Assembly: GCA_051747805.1 (NCBI GenBank) | Contig: JBNJGP010000057.1 | Coordinates: 5,117 to 16,553, forward strand | DNA: 11,437 bases | From: Candidatus Muiribacteriota bacterium | GTDB lineage: Bacteria; Muiribacteriota; Muiribacteriia; Muiribacteriales; Muiribacteriaceae | Reading direction: 5' to 3' | In this document: piece after piece, positions 1-7,263 of the stretch | How the letters are laid out: each line of letters starts with the position of its first letter | Numbering within the stretch: position 1 is the first letter of the stretch | Made by a program: the position numbers and the translations under genes | Notes under the pieces: model-generated | Database searches by the model: none | Seen by the model: the letters and a program-made list of their open reading frames with translations, nothing else | Told to the model about the DNA's origin: nothing

Positions 1-36
1 CTTCTTTTTCATCTTTTTCTTCTTTTTCATCTTTTT
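1..36. repeat. In-frame 18-nt tandem repeat, 2 perfect copies visible (encodes KDEKEE)
   Basis: CTTCTTTTTCATCTTTTT at 1-18 and 19-36; may continue beyond the window. Confidence 0.8.
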
Positions 37-286
37 TTACTTCTTCTACTTCATCTACATTTGCAGCTGTTGTTACTTCTTTATTTTCATCAACTACTGG
101 TCTGAATATTTCTTCTTCCTCTACTTCGGACGCCTCATCTGTTTCATCTGTAACAGGATCAACCATCTCAAGCTCTTCATCAGGGACTACTACAACTTCC
201 TCGTTCCTGTCATATATCATAAACAGCATAATTAAAATCACAACCAGTGCAATTACAACAACAGTAATTTTTTTGTTATTATCCAT
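1..286 (-). CDS. Partial CDS (runs off window): N-terminally membrane-anchored protein with acidic low-complexity linker, function unknown
   Basis: Not in ORF track. ATG at 286-284 with GGAGG (297-293) 6 nt upstream; frame open to window edge: MDNNKKITVVVIALVVILIMLFMIYDRNEEVVVVPDEELEMVDPVTDETDEASEVEEEEIFRPVVDENKEVTTAANVDEVEEVKKDEKEEKDEKE. KK followed by ~18 hydrophobic residues; 8-nt overlap with the upstream gene. Confidence 0.88.
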   Translation of the reverse strand, partial: MDNNKKITVVVIALVVILIMLFMIYDRNEEVVVVPDEELEMVDPVTDETDEASEVEEEEIFRPVVDENKEVTTAANVDEVEEVKKDEKEEKDEKE

Positions 287-1220
287 AAAGTTCCTCCAAA
301 ATTTTACCGAATTTTTTAACGGCAACTCCTAATTTCAGTTTTTTCATCTGAAAAAAAAGTTTTTTTCTTATATTCAGATTTTCGGTAAAACTGAATATTT
401 GATTAATAACTCCTGCTTTTTTACCGACAACCCCAATATTAAAAACTAACCCCTTCTGTTCCATAACAGAGGCAGTTTCGTTCTGATGGTCAACCTGAGG
501 CCATACTATAACAGGAATATTTAATGAAGTAGTTTCAAACATAGTTATCCCCCCAGACACAACAGCTATATCACAGCAGCTTGCATGTTCCCACAATTTT
601 TTTTTATCAAAGAGGATTTTAACATTTTTATTTTTTGAATTCAAGTATTTTTCATACTTCATACCTGCCATAATATAGAGTTTAAATTTATTTGAAAGTC
701 TATTTATCAGAAAAGGTACATTATTATTAATATCAGTTCCGCCCAAACAAATAAGTATCTTTTTAACCTCATGGGAAAAGTTGTTTTTTTTATACTTTAA
801 AATATCCGGATTTATAAGGGAATTTTCAATCCCGGTAATATAATGGGAAATTTTTTTTTGATAATTATTTTTATTAGAATCCCATATTAAGTCTGCCTCT
901 TCAGGTTTTATAGAACCATCTTCAATTACCACAGTTTTTATGTTTTTTTTTCTAAGCTTTTTTAAAATTTCTTTATTAACTTTTTGCATATCAAAAACAA
1001 CAAAATCTGGTTTAATTTCATCTATTTTTAAAAAAAAGAGGTCTTGATTAAATAAAAAACTTTTTATTCCAATTTTTTTTGCCATATTAATATCTCCATA
1101 ACAGAAAAAAAAATTTTTTGCCTTATAATTTTTTTGCATATATTCTGAAATATAATTCGTTCTTACAGCGTGGCCTAAACCCATATTCTGCCCTACCTTA
1201 AACACAAAACATATTTTCAT
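279..1220 (-). CDS. PseG/SpsG-family GT-B-fold protein (putative UDP-diacetamido-sugar hydrolase)
   Basis: N-terminal MGLGHAVR (His at residue 17, as in C. jejuni PseG IGFGHIKR), ILICLGGTD, CDIAVVSGGITMFE, and PQVDHQ C-terminal motif; GAGGT SD at 1231-1227; 23-nt overlap with upstream gene. Confidence 0.8.
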   Translation of the reverse strand: MKICFVFKVGQNMGLGHAVRTNYISEYMQKNYKAKNFFFCYGDINMAKKIGIKSFLFNQDLFFLKIDEIKPDFVVFDMQKVNKEILKKLRKKNIKTVVIEDGSIKPEEADLIWDSNKNNYQKKISHYITGIENSLINPDILKYKKNNFSHEVKKILICLGGTDINNNVPFLINRLSNKFKLYIMAGMKYEKYLNSKNKNVKILFDKKKLWEHASCCDIAVVSGGITMFETTSLNIPVIVWPQVDHQNETASVMEQKGLVFNIGVVGKKAGVINQIFSFTENLNIRKKLFFQMKKLKLGVAVKKFGKILEELYG

Positions 1221-2109
1221 CTAAAAACCTCTTTATACCATTTTCTTTGTGTAATAGAGTAAAAATCGCAAATGGCCTGCCTATTAAAACTCTGTTGGCC
1301 CCGAGGGATGCGGCTTTTATTAAGTGCTTTTCAAATCTTATACCACCATCTACCCATATTTCTTCACAATATTTTTTAAGCTCCGGGGCTAGTTTTTTTA
1401 AAACATAGGCAATTCCAGTCTGCTTATCAGAAATTCGTCCCCCGTGATTTGAAACAACTGCCGCAAATGGCTTTACCCTTTTTACAAGCTCTAAATCTTT
1501 ATAATCCGATATTCCTTTAATTATAAATGGAAGAGAAATTTTTTTCTTTATTTCAATAAGCTGTTTCGCACTCTTTGTTTCAAGAATATCCTTATCAGAC
1601 ATAGTTTTCAAAGTTACAGCATCAATATCAATTCCAACTCCTTTTGAATAATTATTCAAAAAAGTTAGTCTTTTAAATATTTTTTCCTGTGAATAAGGCT
1701 TAATAAATACAAACCCATTCTGCCTGTTTTCCTTTAAAGCCTCCAACCCATAAAACATTTTGTAATCAGGAGTTCCGTCCCCGATACAGCTGAAAATATT
1801 CGCCTTTTGAGCCCCGTTAATAATAAGTTTATGAAACTCTCTTTCAGAAACGCCTCCCCCCATATTTTCATCAACTCCAGTCATTGGAGCGACTCCAATC
1901 AGAGGAAATATGATTTTTTTTGACTCTAAAACAATATTTTCCCACGAATTAAAATTATTAATAAAACTGACTCCATTGCCCACAGCACCCATACCTGGAA
2001 TAATGCCGGCGCATTTAATACCATTACATAAGTTACAGTTAAAGCATTTATTTTTAAAAATATTATACTTCTTCTGTTTCAATTGTAAGGGTTTGAAGTG
2101 CTTTTTCAT
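1198..2109 (-). CDS. FMN-dependent alpha-hydroxy acid dehydrogenase/oxidase family protein with N-terminal CxxCxxCxGxxC motif
   Basis: VAPMTG, FIIKGI (FMN Lys), VVSNHGGR (catalytic His/Arg), VDGGIR, VLIGRP; N-terminal CFNCNLCNGIKCAGIIPGMG. Start uncertain (47-nt overlap with upstream gene; GAGGT 11 nt upstream). Confidence 0.85.
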   Translation of the reverse strand: MKKHFKPLQLKQKKYNIFKNKCFNCNLCNGIKCAGIIPGMGAVGNGVSFINNFNSWENIVLESKKIIFPLIGVAPMTGVDENMGGGVSEREFHKLIINGAQKANIFSCIGDGTPDYKMFYGLEALKENRQNGFVFIKPYSQEKIFKRLTFLNNYSKGVGIDIDAVTLKTMSDKDILETKSAKQLIEIKKKISLPFIIKGISDYKDLELVKRVKPFAAVVSNHGGRISDKQTGIAYVLKKLAPELKKYCEEIWVDGGIRFEKHLIKAASLGANRVLIGRPFAIFTLLHKENGIKRFLDENMFCV

Positions 2110-3262
2110 AAATTTTTTCTACCTCTATAAAATTTTCACCCGAAATTATAATATTTCCGATTTTTCCAATATTTGATTTTAAAGGACTGAAAATATCTCC
2201 AGGCTCCATATTATAATGTATATATTGCACACCTGGAATTTCTAATGCCTTTTGCCTGTTTAAAATATTTTTTATTCTACACTTAGTATTTTTAAATAAA
2301 GCCCTTTCAATACAAACTCTGTTAAACTTTGGAAAAAATTCCATAGTTTCTACCTTTAAACCAAGTCTCTGTTTTATAGCGATTTTAATCCCATCAATAC
2401 CAGTAGATAAAGGAAGAGTATGCGAGGACATAAACCCCCCTGATAACCTTGCGGCTATTTCACCAATTCTGGGACCATTTGCGGTCAACTTAATATCTCC
2501 TTTTGCTGGAGCATTATAAATACCCAGCGCTTTAGATGCTCTTTCCATTAGAACGACTGATTCTTTTAGAACTTCAGGAGAACAATTAGACGGACATGAA
2601 TGGCCTGTTTCAACAAAATAAGGTTCTTTTTCAATATTTCTATCTCCGATAACAAGAGGATACATACTGTTTTTATAAATAATAGTTTCAACTGAAAGTT
2701 CACTGCCTTCCATATATTCTTCAATAATTACCCTGTTGTCAGATGAAAATTTTTTGGTAATTTTAAAATTTTTTTTTATATCCTCGGGCGATAAAACCTT
2801 TACAACCCCCCTTGCCCCCATACTCTGAGCAGGTTTCAGTACAAGCGGAAAATTCAAAGCGCTTTTTTTTAATTTAAAGAGTAATTCCTTTAAATTATCA
2901 GAAAAAATAAAATCTGGTTGAGGTATATTATATTCTTTCAATCTTTTCCGCATTGAAATTTTATTAACAACAGTATCAGGATTATCAAATCCCGGATCAA
3001 GACCAAATTCTTTTGAAACATAATAAACCGTTTTAGACATATCTGTTCCAACAGTGATTATTCCATCTGGAGAAATATTATGATTTTTAATTTCTTTTAT
3101 AATTGTATTATAGTCTGTAGTAGAAACATTTAAAAAGAAATCTGCCAGTTTTTTTCCGGCAGCATTAGAATTCACATCAACACAGACAGTTGAAAATCCT
3201 GACTCTTTAGCTTTTTTTAAGGCAAAAGTCTGAAAAAAGCCTCCTCCAATAACTATAAGCAT
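2063..3262 (-). CDS. ATP-grasp domain carboxylate-amine ligase, substrate unknown
   Basis: N-terminal IGGGFFQ, NKISMR, FPLVLKPAQSMGARGV, IIEEYMEGSELSVE, ETGHSCPS, IGEIAARLSGG. Start placed at ATG 3262 (TGA-T-ATG after upstream stop); ORF track uses TTG 3274. Confidence 0.88.
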   Translation of the reverse strand: MLIVIGGGFFQTFALKKAKESGFSTVCVDVNSNAAGKKLADFFLNVSTTDYNTIIKEIKNHNISPDGIITVGTDMSKTVYYVSKEFGLDPGFDNPDTVVNKISMRKRLKEYNIPQPDFIFSDNLKELLFKLKKSALNFPLVLKPAQSMGARGVVKVLSPEDIKKNFKITKKFSSDNRVIIEEYMEGSELSVETIIYKNSMYPLVIGDRNIEKEPYFVETGHSCPSNCSPEVLKESVVLMERASKALGIYNAPAKGDIKLTANGPRIGEIAARLSGGFMSSHTLPLSTGIDGIKIAIKQRLGLKVETMEFFPKFNRVCIERALFKNTKCRIKNILNRQKALEIPGVQYIHYNMEPGDIFSPLKSNIGKIGNIIISGENFIEVEKIYEKALQTLTIETEEV

Positions 3263-3263
3263 A

Positions 3264-4028
3264 TCAACAGGCAATTCTCTTTTTTATAACTTTAATTCTG
3301 TTTTCAAAATAATTAGAATAATGAGGAAAAATCTCAATATTATTATTTAAAATTAAAATTTCAAGCTGAAGCGATTTTTTGATGGCCTCAAAAATATCAC
3401 TGCATTTTGAAAGTTCAATTACAACAGTTCGAATATTTATTTTATCTGTTCCTGTAAATTCTTTTATTTTCATGGCATTTTTAGGGGTAATTCCCCCGCC
3501 AACCGATGTAACTTTTCCCGCTTTATGACAGGCCCTGACAATCTCTCTAACATAATTATATACTTTATCATCATCTACGTTAAGACCCAGGGAGGCTGAA
3601 AAATCACTTCTTCCTATAGTAACTTGATCTACATTATCAAAAAAAGGAGACTGCAGTATTTTTCCGAGATTCTCAAACGCAGTTATAGATTCAACATTTA
3701 TGATTTTTGATACCTCGTCTAAACTATTATAATAATTCTGCATTGTTTTTATAAAAATAGACAAGGCGTAGGGAGACTCAATCATAGGTCCAACAATTCC
3801 TGATATACCAACTTCAGACATTTTTCTTATATCATTTTTAGCCTCACAGCCACCAACCTTTACAATAATTGGAATAATATGGTTTAACTGCCTGTACATA
3901 TATTCAATATCAGAAAAAGTATTTCCTTCTGCCTCAGTTCCAAGCTTTAAGGAGCAGGCTCCATAATCATCCCGAAGCTGACAAACAAGTTCACTGATCT
4001 GATTAATCAAATTAATACCCCCTGCCAT
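3264..4028 (-). CDS. HpcH/HpaI aldolase / citrate lyase beta-like family protein
   Basis: LKLGTEAEG, VKVGGCEA, GIVGPMIES, INVES (metal-binding Glu), TIGRSDFSASLG (metal-binding Asp); AAGGAGG SD at 4040-4034. Confidence 0.8.
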   Translation of the reverse strand: MAGGINLINQISELVCQLRDDYGACSLKLGTEAEGNTFSDIEYMYRQLNHIIPIIVKVGGCEAKNDIRKMSEVGISGIVGPMIESPYALSIFIKTMQNYYNSLDEVSKIINVESITAFENLGKILQSPFFDNVDQVTIGRSDFSASLGLNVDDDKVYNYVREIVRACHKAGKVTSVGGGITPKNAMKIKEFTGTDKINIRTVVIELSKCSDIFEAIKKSLQLEILILNNNIEIFPHYSNYFENRIKVIKKRIAC

Positions 4029-4046
4029 AAACGCCTCCTTGCTGTT

Positions 4047-4073
4047 AACTATTCATTCAGTAAGTGAATGGTT
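4047..4073. promoter_or_regulatory. Imperfect inverted repeat between promoter and RBS (candidate operator or leader hairpin)
   Basis: AACTATTCATT-CAGTA-AGTGAATGGTT (11-bp arms, 2 mismatches); alternative perfect pairing CATTCA-GTAAG-TGAATG at 4054-4070. Confidence 0.45.
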
Positions 4074-4077
4074 TTTT

Positions 4078-4106
4078 ATTTTATTTTAAAAAATAGTTTT
4101 TGTCAA
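4078..4106 (-). promoter_or_regulatory. sigma70/sigmaA-type promoter for the accessory operon
   Basis: TTGACA (4106-4101), 17-nt spacer, TAAAAT (4083-4078); predicted start ~4071, about 43 nt before ATG 4028. Confidence 0.75.
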
Positions 4107-4156
4107 CACTTAAAGTAATTCTTTAAAAAGTTTTACCCAAGGTCCTCATCTAATAT

Positions 4157-4183
4157 ATATCGGCATGAATAAAAAAAACTTTA
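4157..4183 (-). promoter_or_regulatory. sigma28 (FliA/SigD) flagellar class promoter
   Basis: Minus strand reads TAAAGTTT-TTTTTATTCAT-GCCGATAT, matching the extended consensus TAAAGTTT-N11-GCCGATA(A/T) with exact spacing, oriented toward the aldolase gene. Confidence 0.82.
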
Positions 4184-4324
4184 ATAAATTTTCTTAATAG
4201 GTATTAGTGGTGAGGTTTACACAAATTCTTTACAGAATTTTTTGTCGGCACAAACCATACGTAAAATAAAACTTTTTAAAGATAAGCAGGTTAAAAATTC
4301 TATTTTTGCTGAACTCAAGTTATT

Positions 4325-5530
4325 TTATAAAAATTTTGACGAAATAAAATCCACTATTTTTCCTGCAATATTTTGTTTTGAATCTTTTTTTAAAATTTTT
4401 TTATCTTTTTCTGTAAATATAGTCATTTCATTAAAGTCACTTTCAAACCCTGTTTCTTCCCCCGAAACATCATTTAAAAGAAGCATATTTAGATTTTTAT
4501 CTTTTAACTTTTTTAAAGCATTTTTTTCATGATTTTCAGTTTCAGCAGCAAAACCGCATAATAAAATACTGTTTTTATATTTGATACCAACTTTTTTTAA
4601 AATATCTGGATTTTTCACCAGTTGTACAATTTCTTTTTCTTTATTTACTTTTTTTATTTTACCCTTAAATTTTTTATCTGGTCTAAAATCACATACTGCC
4701 GCCGCACTTATAAATACAGTTTTTCCCTTTATATTAGAAAAAACTTCTCTCTCCATTTCACAGGCAGTATCAACCTCTATAACCCTGGCCTCTTCGGGAA
4801 GCTCAACAGAGTGCTTGCCGGCAATAATAGTAACTTCTGCTCCTCTGTTTATAAATTCTTTTGAAATAAACTTACCCATTTTTCCAGAGGATGGATTGGA
4901 AATAAATCTAACATCATCAAACCATTCCCGGGTAGAACCAAGGGTTATAAGAACTTTTTGAGCAGAAAGAGTATTTTTTAAAAAAAAATTTTTATAGGCA
5001 AAATTTAAAATATGAAGTGGTTCGGGCATCCTTCCCTTCCCCTCTTCTCCACAGGCAAGAAACCCTGATGAAGGTTGCATATAATAGTATCCATTTTTTA
5101 TCAGTTTTTTTAATTTTTTTTGAAAAAAAGGATTTTGCCACATATCTTTATTCATTGCCGGCACAAACAGCACCGGTGTTTTAATCCCTAAAAGTGTTGT
5201 AGAAAGAAGATCATCTGCAATTGCAGAAGTAAACTTTCCAATTATATTTGCAGTAGCCGGAACCACAATTGTTAAATCGGGAAAATCTTTTAGGGAAATA
5301 TGATTTATATCATCTCTTTTATCTTCCCACATAGATGTATAAACGCTCGCCCCGGAAATGGCTTGACAGGTAAGAGGGGTAATAAATTTTTTAGCATTTT
5401 CTGTCATAACTATTTTAATTTCAGCCTTGTTTTTCCTTAAAAGACTTAAGAGAGCGGGAACTTTTGAGGCCCCTATTCCACCAGTAATACATACTAATAT
5501 TTTTTTGTTTTTAAAATTTTTTAAGCTCAA
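4325..5530 (-). CDS. coaBC: Bifunctional phosphopantothenoylcysteine decarboxylase / phosphopantothenate-cysteine ligase
   Basis: ITGGIGA, HISL, VVPATANIIGKFTSAIADDLLST, PAMN, LACGEEGKGRMPEP, DDVRFISNPSSGKMG, AAAVCDFRP, GFAAET; TTG start overlaps gmk stop (TTGA). Confidence 0.97.
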   Translation of the reverse strand: MSLKNFKNKKILVCITGGIGASKVPALLSLLRKNKAEIKIVMTENAKKFITPLTCQAISGASVYTSMWEDKRDDINHISLKDFPDLTIVVPATANIIGKFTSAIADDLLSTTLLGIKTPVLFVPAMNKDMWQNPFFQKKLKKLIKNGYYYMQPSSGFLACGEEGKGRMPEPLHILNFAYKNFFLKNTLSAQKVLITLGSTREWFDDVRFISNPSSGKMGKFISKEFINRGAEVTIIAGKHSVELPEEARVIEVDTACEMEREVFSNIKGKTVFISAAAVCDFRPDKKFKGKIKKVNKEKEIVQLVKNPDILKKVGIKYKNSILLCGFAAETENHEKNALKKLKDKNLNMLLLNDVSGEETGFESDFNEMTIFTEKDKKILKKDSKQNIAGKIVDFISSKFL

Positions 5531-6123
5531 AATTTGTACACCCTTCTATAAGATTTATATTTTTCTGTTTTTATAATATTTTTTAAAATATTATAGGCTT
5601 CATCCAGGTTGTCATTAACAACAAAATATTCATAATTATCAATATAAAGCATTTCCTTCAGAGAATTAAAAAGTCTTTTTTCTATAACTTCATTATCATC
5701 GGTTTTTCTTCCTGTTAAACGTCTTTTTAACTCATTATGGTCTGGCGGGGCAATAAACATCATAACAGTATCCAGCGGAAACTGCCCTTTTATTTGCAGC
5801 CCTCCCTGTACATCAATTTCAAGCAGAACATTTTTGCCCTTATCGAGAGCATTTTTTAAAGTGCTTCTTTTTGTACCATATAAATTACCATGAACCGAGG
5901 CCCATTCGGCAAATTGATTTTCCGATATCATTTCTCTGAACTTTTTTTCAGAAACAAACTCATACTCAGCTTTATCTTTTTCGTTTGTTCTGGGATTTCT
6001 GGTAGTTACAGAAACTGAAAAATCCATATCATCAAATTTTTCTACAAGCCGATTACTTAAAGTTGTTTTTCCAACCCCTGAAGGACCGGATATTACTATT
6101 ATCATACCCTTACTTTTCATCAT
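5527..6123 (-). CDS. gmk: Guanylate kinase
   Basis: ISGPSGVGKTT P-loop, SVSVTTRNPR, EWASVHGNLYGT, LEIDVQGG, RLTGRKTD. Start likely ATG 6123 or 6120 (GAGGG at 6133-6129) rather than TTG 6135. Confidence 0.97.
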   Translation of the reverse strand: MMKSKGMIIVISGPSGVGKTTLSNRLVEKFDDMDFSVSVTTRNPRTNEKDKAEYEFVSEKKFREMISENQFAEWASVHGNLYGTKRSTLKNALDKGKNVLLEIDVQGGLQIKGQFPLDTVMMFIAPPDHNELKRRLTGRKTDDNEVIEKRLFNSLKEMLYIDNYEYFVVNDNLDEAYNILKNIIKTEKYKSYRRVYKF

Positions 6124-6367
6124 TTTTTCCCTCAAATCTTCCTGCCAGAGTTTCAGGCTGTACAGGAATCAGTACTATATGGTCGCTGTCAGTTACGACA
6201 ATTGCCCGGGTTTTCCTTCCACAAGTTGCATCAACTAGTTTATTTGATTTCCTGGCCTCATCTTTTAATCTTTTAACCGGTGCAGAATCGGGACTGATTA
6301 TTGAAACCATACGTTCTTTATTTAAATAATTGCCAAATCCAATATTTATTAATCTGCTTTCTTCCAT
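6110..6367 (-). CDS. remA: RemA/YlzA (DUF370) family regulator
   Basis: LINIGFGN, IISPDSAPVKRL, LVDATCGRKTRAIVVTDSDH, VQPETLAGR; position between yloC and gmk as in Bacillus subtilis; GGAGG SD at 6376-6372. Confidence 0.95.
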   Translation of the reverse strand: MEESRLINIGFGNYLNKERMVSIISPDSAPVKRLKDEARKSNKLVDATCGRKTRAIVVTDSDHIVLIPVQPETLAGRFEGKNDEK

Positions 6368-6379
6368 AACCCCTCCATA

Positions 6380-7252
6380 TTACTCAATATTTGCTGCCTG
6401 CTCTCTCATCTTAGAAATTAAATCTTTCATTTCTATTGTTGCATTTGTTATTTCACTGTTTTTTGTTTTAGAAGCAATTGTATTAGCCTCCCTGTTCATT
6501 TCCTGTAAAATAAAATCAAATTTTTTACCATTACCGGATTTTTTTTTATTTAATTCACTTTCAAAAAGACTAATGTGACTTGTAAACCTTATAATTTCTT
6601 CTGTCACATCACTTTTTTCAATATAATAAAAAATTTCTTCCTGCAGCCTTTTTTTGTCAAAATCCAGGTTATTAGCAACCTTACATTTTTCTAACATCTC
6701 ATTTTCAACTTCCACGCGATGAGACACACTTCTTTTTTTAATTATATTATTATTATTAATTAAATTTGTCAGACTTGCTTTAAAAAAATGATAAAGTTCC
6801 TGTCCTTCAATTTCTCGGGATTCATTAAATAACAAAATAAGTTTATCAATAAGTTTAAAGGAAACTTTTTTGATTTTTTCCTTAAAATCTTCATCTGGAC
6901 TAGTTTTCATAACTTCAGGAAGTTTTAAAATATCAATAAGATTAAATGATTTAGAAATTTTATGTTCTTCTGATATTTTTTGTAATTCCTTCATATAAAA
7001 GTTAACAGTATCTGAGTTTACTTTAAGCATTGAGCTATCACCAATAATATTAACTTCCATTTTTAAAAATATTTTTCCTCTATGTATTTTTTTTCTTAAA
7101 TAGGAATAAAGGTCAAACTCAAGCTCTGCAAGATAATCTGGGACCTTAACTCTTAAATCAAAACCTTTTGAATTAACACTTTTAATTTCAAATTTAACCT
7201 TTATCCCCTCAAACTCCTCTTCAATCGAGGCATATCCGGTCATACTCTTCAT
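6380..7252 (-). CDS. yicC: YicC/YloC family endoribonuclease
   Basis: MKSMTGY, EIKSVNSK, IHRGKI, KSDVTEEIIRFTSH, GKKFDFILQEMNREANTIASK, MREQAANIE. Start likely ATG 7252 (GAGGTG SD overlapping upstream TAG); ORF track uses GTG 7261. Confidence 0.95.
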   Translation of the reverse strand: MKSMTGYASIEEEFEGIKVKFEIKSVNSKGFDLRVKVPDYLAELEFDLYSYLRKKIHRGKIFLKMEVNIIGDSSMLKVNSDTVNFYMKELQKISEEHKISKSFNLIDILKLPEVMKTSPDEDFKEKIKKVSFKLIDKLILLFNESREIEGQELYHFFKASLTNLINNNNIIKKRSVSHRVEVENEMLEKCKVANNLDFDKKRLQEEIFYYIEKSDVTEEIIRFTSHISLFESELNKKKSGNGKKFDFILQEMNREANTIASKTKNSEITNATIEMKDLISKMREQAANIE

Positions 7253-7263
7253 CGTAATCACCT

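Noticed and set aside
851..1113. A/T homopolymers of 8-9 nt in the PseG-like gene as phase-variation tracts
   Set aside because: Similar runs occur in housekeeping genes here (e.g. A9 at 4980-4988 in coaBC), so they match the AT-rich background; the frame is intact.
4042..4059. Resemblance of TGAATGAATAGT to the B. subtilis FadR box
   Set aside because: Only one half matches and no fatty-acid degradation genes are present; a specific regulator cannot be assigned.
4214..4256. Hairpin AAATTCT-TTAC-AGAATTT (4223-4240) with outer GGTTT/AAACC, as coaBC terminator or ncRNA
   Set aside because: AU-rich stem with no U-tract on the minus strand and no recognisable RNA family.
4242..4275. Second sigma28-like -10 (GCCGACAA, 4249-4242, minus strand)
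   Set aside because: No TAAA at the 15-nt spacing; the nearest AAAGTTTT is about 7 nt too far upstream.
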